Source: an uncultured Clostridia bacterium
GTDB lineage: Bacteria > Bacillota > Clostridia > HGM11514
Length of the DNA stretch: 64,000 nt
Reading direction: 5' to 3'
NCBI GenBank assembly: GCA_934464705.1
Contig: CAKSKB010000002.1
Span: 12,667 to 76,666 of the forward strand
The position numbers were made by a program, and so were the translations under genes. How positions within the stretch are numbered: position 1 is the stretch's first letter; every line of letters starts with the position of its first letter. This document shows, piece by piece, positions 40,627-49,663 of this stretch. Below the pieces are notes generated by a model. It was given only the letters and a program-made list of their open reading frames with translations, ran no database searches and was not told the origin of the DNA.

Positions 40627-43600
40627 ATGAATAAAAAATCTTTTGTATCTATATTGCTTGTGATTTGCATGATTTTCGGCAGCATGAGCGTTTTTGCGGA
40701 GCCGGCTGCGGAGTATGACCGTGTGAGCCTCGGTTATACCGATTCCGTTTTTGTAAAAACGGAAGTCGGGTCAACACCGCAGCAAATTAAGGTTTTCGGT
40801 ATAACTGATAACGCATACGGCGAAGCAGTTACCAAAACCGACCTTACAGGAAGCGAAGGGCTTACATATACCATAAGTGATGAAAATGTTGCATCTGTAA
40901 GCAGTGACGGATACCTTACAATTAAGGATTACGGCATAGCAACCCTTACGGTAACCGACGGAAAAACAACCGCGAGCGTTCTTATTTCGGTTACGGCAAA
41001 GGGCGCCCTCGGCGGATTGAACAGCAACGGAGAAGTGTTTACTTTTGATGGTGATTCATTTCCGTTTGAATCAAGGAGCAACTGCGAAAAAGAAACAGTA
41101 AATGTCCGCAGAGGAGACGGAGCTGCTTTGATTAAGAGTGATTGCCTTGACCTTTATTGTTCGGACAGATGGGGTACCAATGCAGGTTCGTCAGGATATG
41201 TTGAAGCGTGGTTTTATGACCCCGGTCAGTTGGATGACGGAACATGGGCAGCCGGAACGCCGTTCGGCTGGTTTGACCACAACGATGTGGGTGCAGCGGA
41301 AGGAAACCCGAACTATGGCTGGGGAAGAGCGGATTTGAGACTTCAGATGCACGACCAGATCGGAGCAATGTACGGAAATGCCACCTACAAAATGAGCAAA
41401 AACTCAACAGATATTAAGAGAACAAAGGGCTGGCATCAGCTTGTAATTCTTGCTTATAACGACGGAACAATCGACGATGAAACAAGAAAGAAGCCAAGCG
41501 GAAACTTAATAGGACAGGAACAGCTGATGAACCGCTGCCGATTTTTTATTGACGGTCAGGAAACTGCAATGGACGGTTTTCCGGACGGCACGGTTTTTGC
41601 GGGCTGTCTTACAATCCGTGCAAACGGCGGAAGCGGCTGCCCTGTCGACGATATAGGTCAGTACCGATATATTGACATGAAAAATGTGAATATATCCGGT
41701 AATTTGATGGAGGGCGAAGCGCTTTCGGTTTCGTATGATTACATCAATACATACGACGCTGTTAAAACGGAAAACATCAAGTGGTTCCGAGGCGAAGGCG
41801 ACACATGGGCAGAAATCGAAGGCGCAGCAGGCAAAACCTATACTCTGACCGCCGACGATGTAGGAAAGTTCGTTAGGGCTGAAATTGCGGTAACCGCCGA
41901 AGATAATAATTCGGACACATACCTTACCGAAAAAACAACAACCGCTAAGAGAGAAATTATAACAAAATCTGCCGTAATTTCTCCCAAATCCATCCCGAGT
42001 ATTTCTGATATTACGGTTTCGGGCAACTATGATATAAATGAAAAGCTTACTCTTTCCTATAACTTTGTTTGCGAAGACGCTCAGGAAGGAAACAGCGAAA
42101 TCCATTGGCAGATATTCAAAAACAGTGCATGGCAGAATATCAACGGTGCAACAGGTAAAAGTTATACTGTACCGGTTGAATACAGTGGCGCAAAATTAAG
42201 AGCGGCAATTACACCTGTTACGAAAGACGGAATTGTCGGCGAAACCGCTTATTCAGGCGAAATAAACATTAAACAGAGAATTATCAGCAAAATGGATATT
42301 TTCGTTTCGGAAAACGGTGATGATAACAATCCCGGCACACAGGCGGCTCCGCTCAAAACTTTCGCAAGAGCTAAGGAAATGGCAAGAATTTATCACAATA
42401 ATCTGAATGTTCCGGTTATTGTGAATATCATGGGCGGAACTTATAAGCTTACAGAAAGCCTCAGTTTTACGGAGCTTGATTCCGGAAGCGCCGAAGCGCC
42501 CATTACCTGGAGAGCATTTGACGGTGAGGAGGTTTTAATCACCGGAGGAAGCAAGGTTGATAACTCAAAAATCACAAAAGTTACCGATAAGGCAATTCTG
42601 GACAGAGTGATTGACGAGCAGGCAAAAGACAAGCTTATGCAAATGGATATCAGCGATTATGTTGATACCATTGAAGAAATTCCGCTATTTACTTACTATA
42701 ATGAGGATTCCGCATACCGTCCGACGCAGATTTATATTAACGGTACGGCGCTCGGTTATTCAAGATGGCCGAACAACACTCCCGGCAGCGCTTGGCTCAG
42801 AATTAACGGAAATATCACAGGCGGTTCAAATAAAACATTCGGTTATACCGATGATACCGACAGGGCAAAGCTTTGGTCCGACGAGGCGTTTGACGACCTT
42901 TACATTGACGGATTTATTAATAATTACTTTGTTAACGAAGTATATAAAGTTAAATCCATAGATAAGGATAAAAAAATAATCTCGCAGCCTGCCGGTGCTT
43001 CTTCCGCGGCGGAAGACCACAGATTCTATTTCTTTAACCTTATTGATGAAATTGACTGCCCCGGAGAAAGCTATATCGACAGAAATAACAAGATTGTTTA
43101 TTTCTATCCTACTGCCGATATGGAAACTGCCGATGTCTGGGTTTCTTCTCTGCAGGATGATCTTATAACTCTGTCGGGAGCTTCATACCTGAATTTCGAA
43201 AATCTTAAGTTCGGATACTCAAGAGGAAACGCTTTCACGGGAGAAAATTGCAGCAATGTCACATTTGACGGACTTACGATTTTCAATATGTCCGGCTCCG
43301 GTGTGCTGATTGACGGAAGCGGACAAACAAATAATATATTCAGGAACTCTCATGTGTACAATATGGGATACAAAGGCGTTGAACTCGGCGGAGGTTCATG
43401 GGCGCCTTACACGAAGTCCGGCAATATTATTGAAAACAACCGTATTCATGCTTGCGGAAGAATTTACAGATCTTATTCCCCGGCAATCGGCGGCGTGGGC
43501 ATGGACGGAGAAATCAGAAACAATAAGCTTTATGATTCCGACCACATGCTTGTAAATATGGGTACCGGTACACAGTTCTATAATAACGAGGTTTACAATG

Positions 43601-46600
43601 CTGTTCAGCAGGCGTCGGATATGGGTGCGCTTTACTGGGGCAGAGGCGTTTATCTGATGGGTATCGAAGTGCGCGACAATTATTTCCACGACATCGGAAA
43701 TGTGTACGGCGGTTACGGTCAGCAGGCTGTGTTCTGGGACGACAGAGCAACCGGCCCGATTCTTACCGGCAATGTATTCTACCGCGCTACCGCGCAGAAC
43801 GGTAATACAAGCACGAGCTTTGCCGTTAAAACAAACGGCGGTGTTTATTCTCAGATTGAAAACAATATTTTTGTTGATAATCCGGTTGCGGTATTCTTCC
43901 AGTATGCCTCCGGCGAGGGATTCGAGTTCCCGAAACAGGGATACTGGTGGCTTTGGGCTATGGGTTACAAAGGTGAAGAAGCCGATAACTCCATGATGAA
44001 CTGGTATCATATTAACAACGGCACAATAACGGCTGACAGCTGGAAAGAACGCTATAAAGACACGCTCTGGTCGCCGATCATCGACGGAACGGTGTTCCCC
44101 AAAGATGATTCTGCCGAAGTCGGCAGATTAAGAAGCCAGGGCAAAACTGCGGAAATTATTGAGCTTGCTAAGAAATATGCTCCCGATAATACCAATATTT
44201 ATCAGAACAATATCCTTGTAAATATTATTCAGGGCAACAGCGGGCATGTCGGATATGCGCAGCCGAAGAATATTTACCGCGGTGATACATCGATATTCAA
44301 AGATTACGGAAAAGATTTTTCTCTTACGGATTCGGCACTTAAAACTGTTAACGAAAGCATAAGTTTTAAGAATGTCGATATGAGCAAAATGGGTCTTAAA
44401 ACAAATATCGGCGGTTCTGAACCTGTGGTTTCCGATGTCAAAATTACCGGAAACAACCGCAAAGGCGGCACAATCAGAGTTGAATATAAGTACGAAGATG
44501 CCGACGGAGACAGCGAAGGTATTTCCGAATATGCATGGTATACCGTTAATTCAAGGGGTGTTAAAACGCCGCTTGGCAAGTTTGATTCAACCCTTCTTTT
44601 GAGCGAAGAACTTGTAGGCCAAAAGGTTTGCGTGACAGTGATTCCGCATGACAGAAGCGGCCTTTACGGCGAAGAATATACCTCCGCTCCGATTGAAATT
44701 TCCGGCGAAAGCGCAGCTGACAAAACAGCTTTATGGGTTCAGATTGACAAGGCGGAAGAACTTATTAAGACCGCTGTTGTCGGCGCGGGTGACGGACAGT
44801 ATCCGCAATCGGCCGTTGATAATCTCAAAGCAGCAGTCGAAGCTGCAAAGGGGGTTTCCGAAACCGATGGCGTTTACCAGTATGAGATTAACGATGCCGA
44901 AAAGGCATTAAAGCTTGCAATCGATGTTTTTGAATCCGAAAAAATATCGCTGCTCGAATATCTCCTGCTGAACGATATTCTGAAAGATACCGAAAACTGG
45001 ACCGTAATAAGCGGCGGCGCACCTGAATTTTCAAACGGCTCGATGACGCTGAAGGACGGCGCTTCGGTAAGTTATACAGGCGCAAAATACAGAAACAAAA
45101 TCTTTACATTTAATGTGAAGTTTGATAAAACGAACGACGGTGAAACCGTAAACAATGCTTTTTGTTTCAGAATATCAAATCCCAATTCCAAGATTTGGAG
45201 CGAAAACAGCGGTTATCTTCTCTGGATTAAGGACGAAACTCTGGAATATCAAAAATGGGCTCCCTCGCAGATTATTGAATCATACCCCAACACCTCGCTT
45301 GATGCAGGCAAGGTTCACTCCGTTTCGGTCGGCGTGTATGATGACAGCGATGAGGCGGTCAAATATATTCTCACGGTTGACGGCGAAAAGGTTATAGAAA
45401 AGCTTGTGCCTTCCGCAAATCTTTACGGAAACGAAGGCTACATAAGCTTTTATGCAAGCAATTCAACCATGACGATTTCGCCCGTTACTGTTGATAAATC
45501 GGCACTTTCCGATGCAATAAACGAAGCTGAGAGAGTTCTTGAAGGCGCGGTTATCGGCACGGGCTACGGTCAGTACCCGAGCAAAGCGGACCTTGAAAAA
45601 GCACTCTCCGATGCAAAAGCGGTATATGCCGACTCCTCGGCGGTTCAGTCCGATGTTGACAGAAATACCCTTGTTGTTAACAATGCCGTTGCGACCTTCC
45701 TTGCAAGCGTTTCCGGCAGCGGCACTATTGACAAAGATACTAAAATCTGCTATGATATTCCTAAGGCAGACCTTACGGTTCCGGGCGGTATATCGGATGT
45801 ATCGCTGATTGCCGAAGGAAACAGGGAACTTCCCGAAATCATTGTTAAATCACCCGACTCCGAGCTGAACATTCCGAGAGGAACAAAGGTCGGCGGCAAT
45901 TTTTCGCTTCCTCTTTCAGGAAACAATGCGGCTGCTGATATACCGAACTCGAACATTAAGAATGTTTACGGAGGTGCAAGCATAACAAAAACAGACGCTC
46001 TTGTCAGAATCGTGCTTAAAGGACAGGGCGGCTATAGGGCATCATATTTTGACGGTTCAAAATATGTGCCGATTAATACGGTTATCAGAGAAGATAGTTT
46101 TGAAGCTGCCAAAGCAGGGCTTAAATCAGCAGCTGTAAGAATAAAAGTCGGCGATGACCTTGTTATTTACATCGACAGGCTTGCGCAGATTGTAACATAT
46201 GTTCAGTCTTCGGTGCAGCCCGAAGAGCCTTCCGTAACCCCCGGTGGCAGCGGAACAACCAAGCCTTCTAACACGAATAAGGGCGGCTCAACCGCAACAG
46301 GAAACGGCGGTTTCTACTCAAATGAAACCACCAACCCGAGCATCTCCAATCCGTTTACGGATATGGCGGGTCACTGGGCAGCGGCTGATGTTCTGGCTAT
46401 GAACAAAGCCGGAATCGTTTCGGGTGTTTCGGACACGCTTTTCGACCCCGACAGAAACATCACAAGAGCAGAATTTGCCGCAATTATCGCAAGAGCACTC
46501 AAGCTTTCGGACAAAACGGCTGACTACAAAGATGTAAACGATGAATGGTTTGCACCGTATGTGGGTGCTTGCTCGGAAGCCGGTATAATCTCGGGTTATG

Positions 46601-46869
46601 ACGGGTATTTCAGACCCAATGACAACATTACAAGACAGGAAATGGCGGTTATTATTGTGAACGCCTATTCCTATCTTGAAAAGCAAGGCGCAAACGGCGG
46701 AATCGATAGTTTCTCCGATAAAGCCGAAATTGCAGACTGGGCAAAAGCGGCGGTTGACACGGCTTCATCTGTCGGCTTAATCTCGGGCATGGGCGACGGT
46801 ACATTCGCACCTGAAGCCAACGCAACCCGTGCACAGGCGGCAAGCATTGTAAGGCGACTGCTCGGCTAA
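40627..46869 (+). CDS. Giant SLH-anchored surface protein (2080 aa) with a right-handed beta-helix domain
   Basis: Signal peptide; shared N-terminal module; PbH1-type repeats (NNRIHACG, IRNNKLYDS, FYNNEVYNA, VRDNYFHDIG); two FIVAR-like helical segments (G.GQYP); lectin-like domain; three C-terminal SLH repeats (FTDMAGHWAAADV..., YKDVNDEWFAPYV..., FSDKAEIADWAKAAV...). Confidence 0.85.
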   Translation: MNKKSFVSILLVICMIFGSMSVFAEPAAEYDRVSLGYTDSVFVKTEVGSTPQQIKVFGITDNAYGEAVTKTDLTGSEGLTYTISDENVASVSSDGYLTIKDYGIATLTVTDGKTTASVLISVTAKGALGGLNSNGEVFTFDGDSFPFESRSNCEKETVNVRRGDGAALIKSDCLDLYCSDRWGTNAGSSGYVEAWFYDPGQLDDGTWAAGTPFGWFDHNDVGAAEGNPNYGWGRADLRLQMHDQIGAMYGNATYKMSKNSTDIKRTKGWHQLVILAYNDGTIDDETRKKPSGNLIGQEQLMNRCRFFIDGQETAMDGFPDGTVFAGCLTIRANGGSGCPVDDIGQYRYIDMKNVNISGNLMEGEALSVSYDYINTYDAVKTENIKWFRGEGDTWAEIEGAAGKTYTLTADDVGKFVRAEIAVTAEDNNSDTYLTEKTTTAKREIITKSAVISPKSIPSISDITVSGNYDINEKLTLSYNFVCEDAQEGNSEIHWQIFKNSAWQNINGATGKSYTVPVEYSGAKLRAAITPVTKDGIVGETAYSGEINIKQRIISKMDIFVSENGDDNNPGTQAAPLKTFARAKEMARIYHNNLNVPVIVNIMGGTYKLTESLSFTELDSGSAEAPITWRAFDGEEVLITGGSKVDNSKITKVTDKAILDRVIDEQAKDKLMQMDISDYVDTIEEIPLFTYYNEDSAYRPTQIYINGTALGYSRWPNNTPGSAWLRINGNITGGSNKTFGYTDDTDRAKLWSDEAFDDLYIDGFINNYFVNEVYKVKSIDKDKKIISQPAGASSAAEDHRFYFFNLIDEIDCPGESYIDRNNKIVYFYPTADMETADVWVSSLQDDLITLSGASYLNFENLKFGYSRGNAFTGENCSNVTFDGLTIFNMSGSGVLIDGSGQTNNIFRNSHVYNMGYKGVELGGGSWAPYTKSGNIIENNRIHACGRIYRSYSPAIGGVGMDGEIRNNKLYDSDHMLVNMGTGTQFYNNEVYNAVQQASDMGALYWGRGVYLMGIEVRDNYFHDIGNVYGGYGQQAVFWDDRATGPILTGNVFYRATAQNGNTSTSFAVKTNGGVYSQIENNIFVDNPVAVFFQYASGEGFEFPKQGYWWLWAMGYKGEEADNSMMNWYHINNGTITADSWKERYKDTLWSPIIDGTVFPKDDSAEVGRLRSQGKTAEIIELAKKYAPDNTNIYQNNILVNIIQGNSGHVGYAQPKNIYRGDTSIFKDYGKDFSLTDSALKTVNESISFKNVDMSKMGLKTNIGGSEPVVSDVKITGNNRKGGTIRVEYKYEDADGDSEGISEYAWYTVNSRGVKTPLGKFDSTLLLSEELVGQKVCVTVIPHDRSGLYGEEYTSAPIEISGESAADKTALWVQIDKAEELIKTAVVGAGDGQYPQSAVDNLKAAVEAAKGVSETDGVYQYEINDAEKALKLAIDVFESEKISLLEYLLLNDILKDTENWTVISGGAPEFSNGSMTLKDGASVSYTGAKYRNKIFTFNVKFDKTNDGETVNNAFCFRISNPNSKIWSENSGYLLWIKDETLEYQKWAPSQIIESYPNTSLDAGKVHSVSVGVYDDSDEAVKYILTVDGEKVIEKLVPSANLYGNEGYISFYASNSTMTISPVTVDKSALSDAINEAERVLEGAVIGTGYGQYPSKADLEKALSDAKAVYADSSAVQSDVDRNTLVVNNAVATFLASVSGSGTIDKDTKICYDIPKADLTVPGGISDVSLIAEGNRELPEIIVKSPDSELNIPRGTKVGGNFSLPLSGNNAAADIPNSNIKNVYGGASITKTDALVRIVLKGQGGYRASYFDGSKYVPINTVIREDSFEAAKAGLKSAAVRIKVGDDLVIYIDRLAQIVTYVQSSVQPEEPSVTPGGSGTTKPSNTNKGGSTATGNGGFYSNETTNPSISNPFTDMAGHWAAADVLAMNKAGIVSGVSDTLFDPDRNITRAEFAAIIARALKLSDKTADYKDVNDEWFAPYVGACSEAGIISGYDGYFRPNDNITRQEMAVIIVNAYSYLEKQGANGGIDSFSDKAEIADWAKAAVDTASSVGLISGMGDGTFAPEANATRAQAASIVRRLLG
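40700..41897 (+). repeat. Direct repeat copy B (~1.2 kb)
   Basis: See copy A. Weaker similarity continues for about 50 nt beyond the block. Confidence 0.95.
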
Positions 46870-47229
46870 CCATTAATGCCTTATGACGACTAATTTTTGC
46901 CCTTTTCGGCTTGTCGTCATTGAAAGGCAAACGCCTGTCAGCGATCTCCGCACCAAAAATGACTAAAAATTATTTCGCCATAAGGTGCGAGCAGTTTTTA
47001 TCGAGCTGATTTTTCTCAAGACAAGCAAGCGAATGAGGTTAATACTTTGTGTATTATCAAGTGAGTTTGCGCAGTATTGGGGAAAATCAGCCGATAAAAA
47101 CCAATAACGGTTAGCCGAGAAGTCGCCTAAACGCCTGCTTGATAAATAGCTATATCTCTCTCCTTATCTCAATGGGTGGCAGGAAATTATCTTGCCGCCC
47201 ATTGGTTAATAATTATCGGGGGTAATCTT

Positions 47230-48138
47230 ATGGATGATAAATTAAAAAACAAATTTCTGTTTTACAATCAGGAACAGATTATTATCAGGAAGGATTACAC
47301 TGAAAAAAGCGGTAAAACGGTTGAATTCGGTGAAGCCTCCGAACGGAATTACTTTTCGATTTATTATTGCATAAACGGTAAATATTGCGTCAATTACAAC
47401 GGTAAAGCTTTCAGGATGAATCCCGGGGATATGATAATTGCGGATTATGATACAGACATTGTTCTTCCATGCAAGCTTTCAGCCAATGCCGAAGTTTATA
47501 TCCTGGATTTCCTGTCGGAAGGTGTAACGGATTTCGGTTTTCACTGCACAAGGCTTGCGGAACTTTATAATAATTCTGTTTTGAAAAATATTCTTGACAA
47601 CGATTTTGCTATTCCGAAGGACTGGTACTATCATGATGAAAACGGGGACATCAAGAAAATACTCGACAAGGTTTATGATGAATACAGCACCCGCGAATTC
47701 GGATATCTTACGGCTTTGAAGCTTAATATTCAAAGTGTGCTTCTGACGCTTTTAAGAGAGCTTGTTAAAAACCAAAAGGGAATAGGCTATTCATATTATG
47801 TTCAGCATGTGGTTGACTATATCAAAACGAATTACAATAAACAGATTACGCTTACCGAAATAAGCCTGAATTTCGGATATTCGCTTTCTTATATAAGCAA
47901 CAGATTCAAAAGTGAGGTCGGAATGCCGTTTGTAAAGTATCTGCAGACTTACAGAATACACAAAGCTGCAGCAATGATCAGAATGACCGATTACAGCATA
48001 AGTATGATTTCAGAGGCGGTCGGGCTTTATAATTTGAAGTATTTTGAGGAAAAATTCAGAGAAATAGTTGGTATTACGCCGATAAAATACAGAAAAATGT
48101 ATAAGAAGAATAATCCGATATTTAAAGATAAACAATAA
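47230..48138 (+). CDS. AraC-family transcriptional regulator
   Basis: Cupin-like N-terminus and a C-terminal double HTH (ITLTEISLNFGYSLSYISNRFK...GITPIKYRK). Start moved to the ATG at 47230. Confidence 0.85.
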   Translation: MDDKLKNKFLFYNQEQIIIRKDYTEKSGKTVEFGEASERNYFSIYYCINGKYCVNYNGKAFRMNPGDMIIADYDTDIVLPCKLSANAEVYILDFLSEGVTDFGFHCTRLAELYNNSVLKNILDNDFAIPKDWYYHDENGDIKKILDKVYDEYSTREFGYLTALKLNIQSVLLTLLRELVKNQKGIGYSYYVQHVVDYIKTNYNKQITLTEISLNFGYSLSYISNRFKSEVGMPFVKYLQTYRIHKAAAMIRMTDYSISMISEAVGLYNLKYFEEKFREIVGITPIKYRKMYKKNNPIFKDKQ

Positions 48139-48192
48139 GACAAATCAAAAACGGTGATTCAGCTAATGCGGAATCGCCGTTTTTGATTATCC

Positions 48193-48912
48193 TCAGTCTT
48201 TCTTTCTGAGCACAATTTTTATGAAGTTAAGGTATTTTCCGCCTCCGGCTTCCATTGACCTGCGGTCGCCTTTGGCATACTCGTTATCCTGCATGAGCCA
48301 GTCTGCCCAAACCTCGTCATTGCTTTCCATTTCGCTTACGGCAATTACTTCCGCTCCTTGGCATTTTCCTGCCATTTTGCTCCAATACTCAACATCGTGC
48401 ATATATTCAAGCTGTTCAGGAGTCCACGAAAGCAAAAGCTCTTTCGGAAGATTATCGTGGCAGTCCTTTTTCATTCCCGGAATGGCGATGTAAATATATC
48501 CGCCGCTTTTAACATACGGCAAAAGCTTGTCATCAAGGTAATTTTCATCTCTTCCGAAATAATTGTATGAATCCGTGCTGACAACCGCATCGAAAAACTC
48601 CTTATTAAAAGGAAGGTTTTCGGCGTCCGCTTTCACGGGTATTATTTTTTCGCGGCTCAGCCCCATTTCGTCAAAAAATTTTCGGTTTTCCTCCGGGTCG
48701 CTCCAAAGGTCTGCGGCATATACGGTGTATCCGTACTCCCTTGCGAGAAAAACGCTTGTCAGACCCTGTCCGCTGCCAAGGTCGCACACAACCGCGTTTT
48801 CGGGAATTTTACTGTCAATAAGAAGTTCTTCTTCGAGCTTTACGGGGTTTGGTCCCATAATTTTTGACATTAATTCCGGTGTGTTGTATTTTTCGCTTTT
48901 AATATATTTCAT
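48193..48912 (-). CDS. Class I SAM-dependent methyltransferase
   Basis: Motif I VCDLGSGQGLTSVFLA and post-I YAADLW. Confidence 0.8.
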   Translation of the reverse strand: MKYIKSEKYNTPELMSKIMGPNPVKLEEELLIDSKIPENAVVCDLGSGQGLTSVFLAREYGYTVYAADLWSDPEENRKFFDEMGLSREKIIPVKADAENLPFNKEFFDAVVSTDSYNYFGRDENYLDDKLLPYVKSGGYIYIAIPGMKKDCHDNLPKELLLSWTPEQLEYMHDVEYWSKMAGKCQGAEVIAVSEMESNDEVWADWLMQDNEYAKGDRRSMEAGGGKYLNFIKIVLRKKD

Positions 48913-48914
48913 TA

Positions 48915-49532
48915 TTATTCCTTGCCTTTCTCTTTTATAAATTGTTCAATGTGCCGTTTAAGCAGATTTTCCGCTTCCGCCTTTTCCGATGTGCCGTCTG
49001 TCATATTTATAAGAAGAAACATCGGGGCATAAAACTCAACGGCAAGCCTTTTAGGGTCGCCCGGCTTCATAGTGCCGTTTTCTGTCATCCTGCGGAATAT
49101 ATCCTCCGTATACGAAACCGGACCGGTTGTAAGGCAGTTCCTGTATAATTCCGCAATTTCGGGATTTCGGTACTGCTCAAGCATAAGCATTTTCCTGAAA
49201 TCGGATGCAAACTCATCCTCGGTCCAGAATCTGAACTGCGAAACGGTAAACTCCTTCAGGTTTTCGAAAGATATGCCTTCGTAGCTGCCCGGTGCGTCAT
49301 CGTATTTCTTTTCCGGAACGCTGTGCTTTTTTGAGTTTTCTTCATCAATGGCAAACATTCTTTTGACGATGCTGTCAAAAATGTCCCGCTTGTTCTTGTA
49401 GTGCCTGTAGAGCGCACCTTTGGTGATTCCGAGTTCTCCCGAAATCTCGCTGACCGAAACCGCTTCATACCCTTTTTCGGCAAACATCTTTAAAGCGGTT
49501 TTTAAAATCTTTTCTTTTGTATCAGACATCAA
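48915..49532 (-). CDS. TetR/AcrR-family transcriptional regulator
   Basis: KEKILKTALKMFAEKGYEAVSVSEISGELGITKGALYRHYKNK is a TetR N-terminal HTH. Confidence 0.9.
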   Translation of the reverse strand: MMSDTKEKILKTALKMFAEKGYEAVSVSEISGELGITKGALYRHYKNKRDIFDSIVKRMFAIDEENSKKHSVPEKKYDDAPGSYEGISFENLKEFTVSQFRFWTEDEFASDFRKMLMLEQYRNPEIAELYRNCLTTGPVSYTEDIFRRMTENGTMKPGDPKRLAVEFYAPMFLLINMTDGTSEKAEAENLLKRHIEQFIKEKGKE

Positions 49533-49543
49533 ATCGCCTCCAT

Positions 49544-49592
49544 GTAAACGCGCGTTTACTTATATTATAGTAAACAATCGTTTACTTGTCAA
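49544..49592 (-). promoter_or_regulatory. tetR promoter with two palindromic operators
   Basis: Minus strand reads TTGACA-17 nt-TATAAT. GTAAACAATCGTTTAC (49570-49585) fills the spacer and GTAAACGCGCGTTTAC (49544-49559) lies just downstream of the -10. Confidence 0.65.
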
Positions 49593-49604
49593 GTGTTTTT
49601 TTGA

Positions 49605-49652
49605 AAAAATAAAAAAAGATTCCGATGCAGTCATATTCTGCACCGAAATCTT
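49605..49652 (-). terminator. Terminator of the riboswitch-controlled surface-protein gene
   Basis: Minus strand reads AAGATTTCGGTGCAG-N7-CTGCATCGGAATCTT followed by TTTTTTTATTTTTT. Confidence 0.7.
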
Positions 49653-49663
49653 CTTTTTGTTTG

